Positions 47,220 through 56,832 of a stretch of 64,000 bases of DNA are shown piece by piece. A program made the translations under genes and the position numbers. The stretch covers positions 124,127-188,126 of the forward strand of contig CAYRJZ010000003.1 of the NCBI GenBank assembly GCA_964424775.1. The letters run 5' to 3'. Source of the DNA: an uncultured Gammaproteobacteria bacterium (lineage in GTDB: Bacteria; Patescibacteriota; Microgenomatia; Levybacterales; UBA12049). The notes under the pieces were generated by a model, which was not told where the DNA came from, did not search any database, and was given only the letters and a program-made list of their open reading frames with translations. Position 1 is the first letter of the stretch; every line of letters begins with the position of its first letter.

Positions 47220-50071
47220 AATTAAATTCACTAATATATAAACTTTCTTTAGTAATATTATTTCTACTATTTTCTTTTGTTTTAAATTCTAAATCAACAT
47301 ATGCTCAGTCCTGTAGTGGTTGGGTTGTATGTTGTTTGGCTTGGCAAGAAGGGGGATGCTTCGTAAATGGGACTGGAACTGACATAGCTAATCCTCCTGT
47401 CCCATGTAATCCTCTTCAAAATCCTGGAAATTGTACGTGCAATGAGGGATCATGTTACTCTGCAACGAGTACCTATTGCGATGCCTCCTGCGGAGCTGGG
47501 GCATGTGATGCCAGTATTCCAGGGCATGTAAGTAATTGTTCCTGGTCTGGAGGATATGGCTCAAATCCTGGATACGGTTCAAATCCATCATATTCTTATC
47601 CATACCCATATCCTTACCCCTATCCATATCCTTATCCCTATCCCTATCCTGCGCCTGCTGATTTTCATGTTCAGTCTTTCTATACTGCAGATGTAGATGG
47701 CAATAGGAGTTATAACTTCGCTGAAGGGGAAAATATTTACTGGTATGCTCGAATTCGCAATGATGGCGAACTTTATCCAGAATCATCTAATGATCGAATT
47801 TATACTAACTTCTATCAAAACCAACCAAATCCAATGGGCATCACTTCCAATCACACCTCTATTTATATCGACACGAACGACAACTGGGCTCCTGAAACAA
47901 ATAGAACATTTGCTTCCTATCCTGACGGAGAAAATAGAGGTTCATATGAAGGAGCATTTAGCTTTGAGCGAATTGGCGGCCAAACGAATAATGGACTTCC
48001 CCTCTATGCGAGAATCTTTGTAGATCACGACAATAGAGTTGATGAGCCATCAGGACATAATACCGATGAAAATCAAGCTACTTTCCGCTATACCGTTGGA
48101 GATACACCCGATCTCCAAATAACAGATTTCCATCTTCGAGATAGTAATGGTGAAGAGACAAATCGCTTTGCCCCAGGGCAAAGAATATACACCAAGCTCA
48201 CCTACTACAATTATGGTGGAACAACTGCTTTTAACAGAGACCCAGATGATCCATATATTTATACAGCTTTTTATAGAAGTCGGGAAAACCCTGTTGCAGA
48301 AGACACTGCTTCTAGTGCCAACATGTATATTCGTGGAAATGAACTTGATCCAAATGACGGTGACACCTTTTATTGCAAACCTGATCCAGGAAATAAATGT
48401 AGTCGGTTTACTGCTGATGATTACTGGACAGTAGATGAGGCAGGAAGATATACTGCTCGCGCATATGTTAACTACAATGATGATGTTGTTGAAGGGCCGA
48501 AAAGTAACAATCAAGCAACGTATGAATATTCCGTAGGCCGAGTAATATCAGGTTACGTATACAGTGATACAAACGAGAGTGGAACGAAAGCAACAAGTGA
48601 ACCAGGACTAGCCAACATTCGAGTAACTCTCTACAGGAAAGCTGCAAATGGACAATACACAACTCGTATAGGGTCTACACGAACTGATAATGATGGATTT
48701 TATGACTTTGATGCGCTTGAGGATAATGATTATCGTGTATTTATAGACACTCCAGACCAACCAGCAAATTATGCATTTACTACACCAACAGAGTATGAAG
48801 TAACGTTACCTCCAAATACCAGACGTGATTTTGGACTTCTCGAAAATACCTTTACGATTTCAGGGAATATATTCTTAGATCAAAATACCAATCGTGTCAA
48901 AGATGGAGAAGAAGCAAATGCGACAAATATAAGTAGCACGAGCATCACGATTGATGGTTCAAATACCGGTGTTACTCTTAATAGTGACGGAAGTTATATT
49001 ATCCAAAATGTAAGTTATGGTACACACACTATTCGATTTAGCCCACTTCCATCTGGTTATTTTATTACCCATCCTCGCTCAACTACTCCTCCCTCATATA
49101 CGGTAACAGTTGGTAATTCTTGTGCACCCTCCCCACTCAATCCAGGTGGAACATGTAGCGATAGAAATATCATCAATCTTAATTTTGGAATAAAAGAAGG
49201 AGAGCCATGGATCCAGGCATATGGACTTGATATCCGATTTGATGGAGGAATAAATAATCCTCTTCCTGCTTCACCTAATGCAGCTTGTGGAGGTGCGTAT
49301 ACCATTATTGCCGGAAGTGGTAGCACACCTGGGGTTGGATATACGGGTAGTGTTAGTCCAGACTTTGGACTTGGTGCAATTTCAGCATTAAATAGAATTG
49401 TTGGAGGAACAACATACCCCGAAGTATTTACCCCTCTCTCAACAAATGTAATTCGAACATCATATGGGTATTTAAAGAGTACAATGAGGCAGTCTAATAT
49501 TTCATCCTCTCCTCTTCCAAATGTCTGTTCTGGTGGGATATCAGACTGTAGCCTGACCGGCAGTCTTCCAAGTGGTATTTATGAAGCATCAACGAGCGCA
49601 ACACTTAATGGATTTACCGTTGGAGCTGACCGGGATATAATTCTTATCATCAATGGCGACATTCTTATAAGAGGTGCTATTGATGTTCCAACAACTTCCA
49701 CACTTACCGTTATATCTTCTGGAAGTATTCGTGTTGCAAGCACTGTGGGAACAACAGCCTCTTGCCCTGCTCCCAGCAATGGAACGACAGCAAATGGAAC
49801 ACTTGAAGGATTTTATAGCGCAGATCTCAACTTCACACTTGATACCGGTGCTGACTGTTCAGCTAGTACATCAGATCTCCAGCTCAATATGCAAGGGAGT
49901 GTTGTAGTGAATGCGGCAAAAAGAGGTGGAGACTTTATTAACAATCGCACACTTTGTACCGACAATACTCAATATCCATCCTTTACCATTCGAGAAAGAC
50001 CTGACTTTATCTTGAATGCACCAGATATTATCAAAACTCAAAGCTTTATTTGGCAGGAGGTCGCACCATAA
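47216..50071 (+). CDS. large secreted surface protein: N-terminal Cys-rich domain, YP-repeat linker, CnaB/SdrD-B-like (carboxypeptidase-regulatory-like) domains (module copy 1)
   Basis: Signal peptide. Cys-rich QSCSGWVVCCLAWQEGGCFVNGTG...CTCNEGSCY...CDASCGAGAC. 9 x YP repeats. Segments SGYVYSDTNESG...IRVTLYRK...NDGFYDFDALEDNDYRVFID typical of the Cna-B/SdrD-B fold. Conserved C-terminus IIKTQSFIWQEVAP. Confidence 0.7.
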   Translation: MKLNSLIYKLSLVILFLLFSFVLNSKSTYAQSCSGWVVCCLAWQEGGCFVNGTGTDIANPPVPCNPLQNPGNCTCNEGSCYSATSTYCDASCGAGACDASIPGHVSNCSWSGGYGSNPGYGSNPSYSYPYPYPYPYPYPYPYPYPAPADFHVQSFYTADVDGNRSYNFAEGENIYWYARIRNDGELYPESSNDRIYTNFYQNQPNPMGITSNHTSIYIDTNDNWAPETNRTFASYPDGENRGSYEGAFSFERIGGQTNNGLPLYARIFVDHDNRVDEPSGHNTDENQATFRYTVGDTPDLQITDFHLRDSNGEETNRFAPGQRIYTKLTYYNYGGTTAFNRDPDDPYIYTAFYRSRENPVAEDTASSANMYIRGNELDPNDGDTFYCKPDPGNKCSRFTADDYWTVDEAGRYTARAYVNYNDDVVEGPKSNNQATYEYSVGRVISGYVYSDTNESGTKATSEPGLANIRVTLYRKAANGQYTTRIGSTRTDNDGFYDFDALEDNDYRVFIDTPDQPANYAFTTPTEYEVTLPPNTRRDFGLLENTFTISGNIFLDQNTNRVKDGEEANATNISSTSITIDGSNTGVTLNSDGSYIIQNVSYGTHTIRFSPLPSGYFITHPRSTTPPSYTVTVGNSCAPSPLNPGGTCSDRNIINLNFGIKEGEPWIQAYGLDIRFDGGINNPLPASPNAACGGAYTIIAGSGSTPGVGYTGSVSPDFGLGAISALNRIVGGTTYPEVFTPLSTNVIRTSYGYLKSTMRQSNISSSPLPNVCSGGISDCSLTGSLPSGIYEASTSATLNGFTVGADRDIILIINGDILIRGAIDVPTTSTLTVISSGSIRVASTVGTTASCPAPSNGTTANGTLEGFYSADLNFTLDTGADCSASTSDLQLNMQGSVVVNAAKRGGDFINNRTLCTDNTQYPSFTIRERPDFILNAPDIIKTQSFIWQEVAP
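47597..47650 (+). repeat. 9 x (TAT CCN) Tyr-Pro dipeptide repeat linker
   Basis: tat cca tac cca tat cct tac ccc ... seen directly. The paralog carries a poly-Pro linker at the equivalent place. Confidence 0.7.
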
Positions 50072-50077
50072 AGATGT

Positions 50078-50578
50078 ATGAAGACAGTAACTCCACTTTT
50101 AACTGCTACTCGCTCTCACTTGTTATTAAGTAGTTTTTTTCTCCTCCTAATTGCTTTATTCATTGCCACTTTTTTTTCTTATCGTAGTTTTAGTCCAACT
50201 ATAAATAAATTTCTGGGACTCCATAAAGATCAACAAATCGTAGAACATATTAATAAATTCACATCACTCAAAACACCCGAACAATACCAAGAATATAATA
50301 AGCAAACAGAAAAAATTGCTGTTTCAGCGCCTTATCTGGATATTACATCCTGCTCACCTTCACCTCAAATTCTCAAAGTTAAGGCAAATACTCTACTTGT
50401 TGTTAAAAATAGTTCAACAAAAGAACATCTGATTACATTAAATGAAAAGAGTGCATATTCTATTGGACCACATAAAAACACCTCAATTCTTCTTAATACA
50501 TACCCTGTTGTTCCAGGATCGTATTTGTATCATTGTGACCAAAATTTAAATGTTGGAATGATATTTGTGCAACTGTAA
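50078..50578 (+). CDS. membrane-anchored/secreted cupredoxin-like small protein (copy B)
   Basis: Homologous to 42147..42668. YLYHCDQNLNVGMIFV keeps the Cys and the axial Met, but the second His is Asn. Confidence 0.5.
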   Translation: MKTVTPLLTATRSHLLLSSFFLLLIALFIATFFSYRSFSPTINKFLGLHKDQQIVEHINKFTSLKTPEQYQEYNKQTEKIAVSAPYLDITSCSPSPQILKVKANTLLVVKNSSTKEHLITLNEKSAYSIGPHKNTSILLNTYPVVPGSYLYHCDQNLNVGMIFVQL

Positions 50579-50626
50579 CAGATATCATTGACAGAGAAAA
50601 ACCACAGCAGTATAGTGCAAACAAGT

Positions 50627-51706
50627 ATGTCAGAAAGAGAAACACCGAGGAGAATTTCATCAGCAATTAGCGAAGGGAAAATGACGAGACGTCGATTTCT
50701 CCAAGGTGCACTTGTAGGCGCTTCCATGCTTCTGCCTGATACAATGCTACCCCACACTACCACTGCTGAAGACACACCCACTGATGAACAAGTTCTCAAT
50801 CTGGATCTGTTATTTAAAGGCGAAATCAATCGACCTGAAGATATGAAATATTTTCTGCAGACTCGACTCCTTCCTCCGGATGAAAGACTTGCAAAAAGAA
50901 GTCAAACTCCCATAACAGGATTGACATTAAATCCAGATAAAGAGATTTTTGAGAATTTGGAAGGATATAAAAGTCCTAAAAATAGACTCGATAAAGCAGT
51001 CTTAAAAGCTATTGCTCTTCTTGAAAGTGTGCGAGGTGACACAGAGGCAATGACAGATATGAAAATTGAGACTGTTAATGATAGGCTTGCCAGTCCAGTT
51101 GGTCAACGTGAAACAACGGGTGCTTATCTACCCGAACCAGTACCAGAAGAAAGAATTCTTGAACTGATGAGTGATCCGGAGTATCGTCTTCCCATCATGG
51201 GATATCCTGAGGGAGAATTTGATCCTGATAAATACAAACGATTTGATATTGATCCTCATCTTGGAATTGAAATTGAAATCCTAGATGATAGACCAGAACA
51301 CAAACCGAAAGTTGGCATTTTTGGTTCGTATGGCTTTACCCCAACTGTTGTAGAACATGCTGTCAGACATCAGAACAAAACAGAACAAAGATATGGACTA
51401 AGAATAGGTCTTTTCGCCAATGACACCAGATTTATTGGAAGTGATTTTTTTGACCCCCAGGGAGAAGCTGATGCACTCTACTCAATGCTATTAAATCAAT
51501 ATATTGAAAGAATATCATTCATTACTCCTCCTCTCATGACATATTACAGTAGTGTTAACGAGCAAAATCCTTACTGGACAAAATTAATGCAGTCTCCAGG
51601 ATTTGTCTATTATCCTGAGATTGCTACACTAACAAATGGCCCACACAGTGCAGACAATAGACATACAACAGCTCCTGTACTCCATATTGTCTCTCCTACC
51701 TTATAA
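50627..51706 (+). CDS. Tat-signal exported protein of unknown function (module copy 2)
   Basis: Start at the ATG (MSERETPRR...), with the same tatgtcagaaagaga context as copy 1. Twin-arginine motif TRRRFLQGALVGASM. About 55-60% identity to copy 1 by eye. Confidence 0.6.
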   Translation: MSERETPRRISSAISEGKMTRRRFLQGALVGASMLLPDTMLPHTTTAEDTPTDEQVLNLDLLFKGEINRPEDMKYFLQTRLLPPDERLAKRSQTPITGLTLNPDKEIFENLEGYKSPKNRLDKAVLKAIALLESVRGDTEAMTDMKIETVNDRLASPVGQRETTGAYLPEPVPEERILELMSDPEYRLPIMGYPEGEFDPDKYKRFDIDPHLGIEIEILDDRPEHKPKVGIFGSYGFTPTVVEHAVRHQNKTEQRYGLRIGLFANDTRFIGSDFFDPQGEADALYSMLLNQYIERISFITPPLMTYYSSVNEQNPYWTKLMQSPGFVYYPEIATLTNGPHSADNRHTTAPVLHIVSPTL

Positions 51707-51761
51707 ATAGTGTCGCTCATCATTGACACCTGCGAAAAGAAAAAAATAGAATGAATAAGAT

Positions 51762-52298
51762 ATGCTTATTAAGAAAAAATATATTTATCTTCTTCTTTCC
51801 TTTTTCTTATTAAGTATTTCTTTGATCTTAGGAATATTCATTTCAAGAAAAAATACATTTATTCAACTTCATGATAAAGATGTTAACTTCTCTTTTTCGT
51901 ATACTGAAACTGATCTTTTTAAAAGTTATCTTCAGCAATGGAAGATAAGAGAAAATGGAAAGAGTTCTCCTACACGAGTAAGTATTACATTTACGACTTC
52001 GCCACAAGCCAGTTATGTTATGCGTGATTATGTCACAAAAGAAATGATTCAAAGTTATTCATGGAAAAAAAATAAGAATTCTATCATCATTGTTATTCAT
52101 CTTGATCCCAAATATCACACAAAACTAAATGAACGTGATCTTTCATTAAGTGCAAACGCAGCAGTACTCAAAGCTCTCTATTTTCTCTCTCACCCAGAAC
52201 AAACAAAAGTGGATGTCATTCCCAAAGAACTTATGGATGTCTATTCAAAATTTCAAAAAGAAAAAATAATCCCAATACAAGTTGGAAAAAATAATTAA
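51762..52298 (+). CDS. N-terminally membrane-anchored hypothetical protein (module copy 2)
   Basis: Paralog of 46677..47219. Confidence 0.55.
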   Translation: MLIKKKYIYLLLSFFLLSISLILGIFISRKNTFIQLHDKDVNFSFSYTETDLFKSYLQQWKIRENGKSSPTRVSITFTTSPQASYVMRDYVTKEMIQSYSWKKNKNSIIIVIHLDPKYHTKLNERDLSLSANAAVLKALYFLSHPEQTKVDVIPKELMDVYSKFQKEKIIPIQVGKNN

Positions 52299-52299
52299 T

Positions 52300-55110
52300 A
52301 TGAAGAGATACCTATCATTTATTTCTCTTTTTTCTATTATCATTTTTATTCCTCTAATCCTTTCCCCTTCTCGCATTTCTGCACAAACATGCAATGGATA
52401 TGTCGTCTGTTGTCTCGCTTGGATGGAGGGGGGCTGTTTTGTCAATGGAACGGGAACTTCAATTTCCAATCCACCTATATCATGCAATCCAGCTATTCGT
52501 TCTGACTGTACCTGCAATTCGGGATCTTGTTATTCAGCAACGACGACTTATTGTGATGCAGCTTGTGGTGTTGGAAATTGTGATGGAAATATTCCAGGCC
52601 ATATTAGTGCATGTTACTGGTCGGGTGGTGGTGATACGGGAGGTGGAGATCCACCTCCACCTCCACCTCCACCTCCACCACCACCTCCGCCACCACCTCC
52701 ACCTTCTGATTTGGTGGTAAATGATTTTTATGTCACAGATGCAAACGGCGGAAAAAGCTACAACTTTGCTGAAGGTGAAAGAATTTACTGGTATACGAGA
52801 GTAACGAATGATGGAACTTATTACTACCAGACAGAACCAGGACGTGTTGAGATGAATCTTTATCAAAATCAGCAAAGTATTCCGGGTGTTACTCCGGATA
52901 ACACGTCTATATACATTTCTACTGACGGAACGACCTGGGAGCCTGGGTTGACTCGAGCATTTGGCTCGTATGCAGATGGTACCAATAGACAAGATTTTGA
53001 AAATGCATATAGTTTTACAAGGACTGGTGGCCAAACAAATGAAGGCAAACCTCTCTTCGCAAGACTCGTTGTTGATCCGGCTGACGAGATCCCATCATAT
53101 AGAGATGAAACAAGAAATAACAATCATGCTGTCTTCAGATACACAGTTGGAGATACTCCAGATTTAACTATCACTGACTTTGAACTGAGAGATAGTGATG
53201 GAAATCCCAAAACAAAATTTAATCCAGGACAACGAATTTATCCCAAATTTACCTATTACAACTATGGAGGAACTACAGCCTTCTCTCGCGATATAAATGA
53301 TCCACACATTTATTCTGTAATTTATAGTGACAAAGAAAATTCAGTTGCTATTGGCACACAAAGTGATGTCGATATATCAATTCAAGCACCAGAACTTGAT
53401 AAAGATGACGGAGATGCATTCTGGTGTGTCCCCTCCCCTTCCAATAAATGTGAGATGTTTCGTGATAAAACATATTGGCAAATGAATACACCTGGACGAT
53501 ATGTTGCTCGTGTTTTTGTTAACTATGATAACAATGTCGTTGAAGGAGGTAATCGCACCAACAACCAAATGACTATTGAGTATTCTGTAGGAAGAATTAT
53601 ATCTGGATATGTTTATCTTGATGCAAATGAAAGTGGTGGGAATAAAGGATCAACTGAGGATGGAATTTCTGGAGTTCGGGTAACACTCTATCGAAAAGCT
53701 AGTGATGGAACATACAGCCGACGAATTGGATCAACTCGTACTAATAATGAAGGTTTTTATGAATTTGATGCACTTGAAGATAATGATTATAGAGTATTTA
53801 TTGACGACCCCGACCGCCCTGAAAATTATACGTTCACTACAGCAACAGAATACCGTGTTACCGTTCCACCAAATATAAGGCGCGACTTTGGACTTCTGGA
53901 AGATAATTACACAATCTCTGGGAATACTTTTATTGACGCGAATGGAAATAAAATTAAAGAGACAGAAGAAGAACTTTTCACTGATGCTCCATCCGGAAGT
54001 ATTCAAGTTGATGGATCCACTTCAAATGTCTTGCTACAAAATGGGGTTTATACAATCTCCAAACTTTCTCGTGGACAACATATTGTCCGCTTCACGGGAC
54101 TTCCTCAAGGATATTCTATGACACATCCGCTCGTTACTATTCCACCATCATTTACCGTCACAGTTGGAAGCAGTTGTACCCCATCATCCTCAACGCCTGG
54201 TGGTACATGCACTGATGCTGGTAATATCGACAATCTCAATTTCGGATTTAAACAAGGAGAGCCCTGGATTCAAATCTATGGCCTTGATATTCGATTTGAT
54301 AACGCAATTTCAAATCCAGTTCCTTCATCACCTAATGCAACTTGTGGTGGCGCATATACTCTTGCAGTTGGTAATACAGGAACTCATGGTGTACTGTATA
54401 CAGGAAATGCTCCTTCTTCTAGTGGACTTGGAAATATATCAGAAAATAATTGGGTAGTTGGCGGAACACAATTTCCTGAACTTTTCTCTCCTCTTTCAAA
54501 TAACATTATCAAGACGTCTTATGGATATGTTCAATCAGTTCTTAAACAATCTAATATTACTCCAACAGATCTCACATCAATATGCGAAAATCTCGCTGAC
54601 TGTTCACTCCCCACAACATTAGAAAATGGAGTTTATCATGCAGAAAAAGATCTTCTGCTTCGCGCTTTTACTGCATCACCAAATAGAGATTTAGTGCTTC
54701 TCATCAAGGGTGATCTCCTTATAACAGGACCAATTAATATTCCTACTTCATCAACTTTCACTGTTATTACATCAGGAAGTATCAGAGTTGATAGTACAGT
54801 TGGAAGTACAGCTTCTTGTCCGGCTCCTGAGGCAGGAAGAGTTGAAGGATTTTACAGTGCAGACTCCAACTTTACTCTCGAGTCAGCGTCAGATTGTACC
54901 CTCAACTCCCCTGATCTTCAATTGAATATGGAAGGAAGTATTGTTGTAAATGCAGGTAAAAAAGGTGGCAATTTTATTAACAAAAGAGATTTATGCACGA
55001 GTAATTCAAGCTATCCTGTATTCACTATAAAAGGAAGACCAGATTTCGTCCTGAACGCTCCGGATATTATCAAAACTCAAAGTTTTATTTGGCAAGAAGT
55101 CGCTCCATAG
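52300..55110 (+). CDS. large secreted surface protein, paralog of 47216..50071 with poly-Pro linker (module copy 2)
   Basis: Start moved to MKRYLSF (ATG at 52300, directly after the upstream stop), giving a signal peptide parallel to copy 1. Same Cys-rich N-domain, CnaB-like domains and C-terminal IIKTQSFIWQEVAP. Confidence 0.7.
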   Translation: MKRYLSFISLFSIIIFIPLILSPSRISAQTCNGYVVCCLAWMEGGCFVNGTGTSISNPPISCNPAIRSDCTCNSGSCYSATTTYCDAACGVGNCDGNIPGHISACYWSGGGDTGGGDPPPPPPPPPPPPPPPPPPSDLVVNDFYVTDANGGKSYNFAEGERIYWYTRVTNDGTYYYQTEPGRVEMNLYQNQQSIPGVTPDNTSIYISTDGTTWEPGLTRAFGSYADGTNRQDFENAYSFTRTGGQTNEGKPLFARLVVDPADEIPSYRDETRNNNHAVFRYTVGDTPDLTITDFELRDSDGNPKTKFNPGQRIYPKFTYYNYGGTTAFSRDINDPHIYSVIYSDKENSVAIGTQSDVDISIQAPELDKDDGDAFWCVPSPSNKCEMFRDKTYWQMNTPGRYVARVFVNYDNNVVEGGNRTNNQMTIEYSVGRIISGYVYLDANESGGNKGSTEDGISGVRVTLYRKASDGTYSRRIGSTRTNNEGFYEFDALEDNDYRVFIDDPDRPENYTFTTATEYRVTVPPNIRRDFGLLEDNYTISGNTFIDANGNKIKETEEELFTDAPSGSIQVDGSTSNVLLQNGVYTISKLSRGQHIVRFTGLPQGYSMTHPLVTIPPSFTVTVGSSCTPSSSTPGGTCTDAGNIDNLNFGFKQGEPWIQIYGLDIRFDNAISNPVPSSPNATCGGAYTLAVGNTGTHGVLYTGNAPSSSGLGNISENNWVVGGTQFPELFSPLSNNIIKTSYGYVQSVLKQSNITPTDLTSICENLADCSLPTTLENGVYHAEKDLLLRAFTASPNRDLVLLIKGDLLITGPINIPTSSTFTVITSGSIRVDSTVGSTASCPAPEAGRVEGFYSADSNFTLESASDCTLNSPDLQLNMEGSIVVNAGKKGGNFINKRDLCTSNSSYPVFTIKGRPDFVLNAPDIIKTQSFIWQEVAP
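52651..52704 (+). repeat. poly-proline tract (18 consecutive Pro codons)
   Basis: cca cct cca cct ... seen directly. Occupies the position of the YP repeat in the paralog. Confidence 0.7.
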
Positions 55111-55423
55111 CAACATTCTGAACCAAATTTAAGTTATCGAGATTTGATGAAACATAAATTGCTTCCTCTGGTGTAGCTTCACCTTTTCGAGCATTTTCAA
55201 CACTTGCATCAAAAAGAACTTGACTAAAAGGTAATTTTTTTATTTCCTGAAGGACTTCCTTTCTTCTTTTCTTCCTCTCTCTTCTCCATATCTTCTGTGG
55301 CACTTCTAATCTTCTCTCTCCATTGAGAGCCCAACCTGTTTTTTCCTGATTCATTGAGTGGTGTGCAAGGGGGCTCTGTGAACGCATCACTATTCTTCTC
55401 TCATGATCTATTCTGCTGCTCAT
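55085..55423 (-). CDS. hypothetical basic protein downstream of glyA
   Basis: ORF begins 28 bp after the glyA stop on the same strand. Its 3' end overlaps the convergent giant gene by 26 bp. No motif recognised. Confidence 0.3.
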   Translation of the reverse strand: MSSRIDHERRIVMRSQSPLAHHSMNQEKTGWALNGERRLEVPQKIWRRERKKRRKEVLQEIKKLPFSQVLFDASVENARKGEATPEEAIYVSSNLDNLNLVQNVAMERLLAK

Positions 55424-55451
55424 TCGAAGTATTCTAACAAAAAAACATAAA

Positions 55452-56771
55452 TTATGGTAAGGGGTATTTTGAAGTAAGTGCTTTTACTTCTTTTGCAATT
55501 GCAAGAAGCTTTTTATTCTTCCAGATATCTTTTTTGTATTGTTTCCAGAAAGCAGATCTTGCTTCTTTTTCTACTGGGAATTGATGTACCTTTACCTCTT
55601 CGACAACTTCATTTATCCAGTTGGCAATCTTGACCATTTCTCGCTCCTTCATTCCTCGAGTTGTAATCGCAGGTGTACCAAGTCGAATACCTGATGGATA
55701 AAAAGGAGGCATCGTATCACGAGGTACAGAATTTTTGTTAACAACAATATTCGCAACTTCAAGGGCAAGAGCAACAACAGCACCATTAGTATTTTTATTT
55801 CGGAGATCAAGAAGAAGAAGATGGTTGTCTGTTCCTCCACTTATTATTTCAAATCCATGCGCCTGTAACTTTTCAGCTAATTTTTTCGCATTCTTGACGA
55901 CCTGTTCCCCATATTTTTTAAACTTTGCAGTAGATGCTTCTTTGAGGGCAACAGCAATAGCTGCTGTTTGATTATCATGTGGACCACCTTGGAGTCCAGG
56001 AAATACTGCTTTATCAATTTTATCTGCAAGATCAGGATCTTTTTTAAGTCCTTTTTCAGTAACGAAGAGTATTGCGCCTCTTGGACCACGAAGTGTTTTG
56101 TGAGTTGTTGTCATAAAGGTGTGAGCGTAAGGAGCAGGACTTGGATGGACACCCGCTGCAACAAGTCCTGAAATATGACTAATATCCGCGTGAAGATATG
56201 CACCAACTTTATCCGCAATTTTTGCAAACTTTTTAAAATCAATGACTCGAGAGTATGCAGTTGTTCCACAAATAATGAGCTTTGGCTTTTCTTTTTCTGC
56301 CAACTTCTCAATTGCATCATAATCTAATAACCCGTCGTCCCCTAATTCATACTGAACAGATTTAAAATATTTTCCGGTAATGGAGACTTCAGCTCCATGT
56401 GTAAGATGTCCTCCGAAAGCAAGAGAAAATCCCATAACTTTATCACCAGGATTCATAAGCGCTAAATAAACAGCTAAATTTGCAGGACTCCCAGAATATG
56501 GTTGAACATTCACATGAGGTACGTGGAATAATTCTTTTGCGCGTTCTTCAGCTAAAAGTTCGACACTATCAATATATGCATTGCCTTGATAGTATCTTTT
56601 CTTTGCATATCCTTCAGAATATTTATTATTGAGGACATTTCCTAATGCTTCAAGAACTGCTTGTGATGTGTAATTTTCAGAGGGAATCATTTCGAGGACT
56701 TCTTTTTGACGTTTTTCCTCGCTCTTAATAAGTTCATGAATTTGGGGATCAGTAATTTTGAGATGTTTCAT
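55452..56771 (-). CDS. glyA: serine hydroxymethyltransferase
   Basis: PLP-lysine region TTTHKTLRGPRGA and the SHMT N-terminus. Confidence 0.93.
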   Translation of the reverse strand: MKHLKITDPQIHELIKSEEKRQKEVLEMIPSENYTSQAVLEALGNVLNNKYSEGYAKKRYYQGNAYIDSVELLAEERAKELFHVPHVNVQPYSGSPANLAVYLALMNPGDKVMGFSLAFGGHLTHGAEVSITGKYFKSVQYELGDDGLLDYDAIEKLAEKEKPKLIICGTTAYSRVIDFKKFAKIADKVGAYLHADISHISGLVAAGVHPSPAPYAHTFMTTTHKTLRGPRGAILFVTEKGLKKDPDLADKIDKAVFPGLQGGPHDNQTAAIAVALKEASTAKFKKYGEQVVKNAKKLAEKLQAHGFEIISGGTDNHLLLLDLRNKNTNGAVVALALEVANIVVNKNSVPRDTMPPFYPSGIRLGTPAITTRGMKEREMVKIANWINEVVEEVKVHQFPVEKEARSAFWKQYKKDIWKNKKLLAIAKEVKALTSKYPLP

Positions 56772-56832
56772 CGAACATTATCAGTATACAACTCGTCGAT
56801 TAGATCGACAAGATAACAAAATACATCAATTC

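Noticed and set aside
48050-48514. Minus-strand ORFs inside the giant surface-protein genes (e.g. 48050..48514, 52534..53034, 53731..54006)
   Set aside because: They are antisense to long, paralog-supported coding regions. Low-complexity translations.
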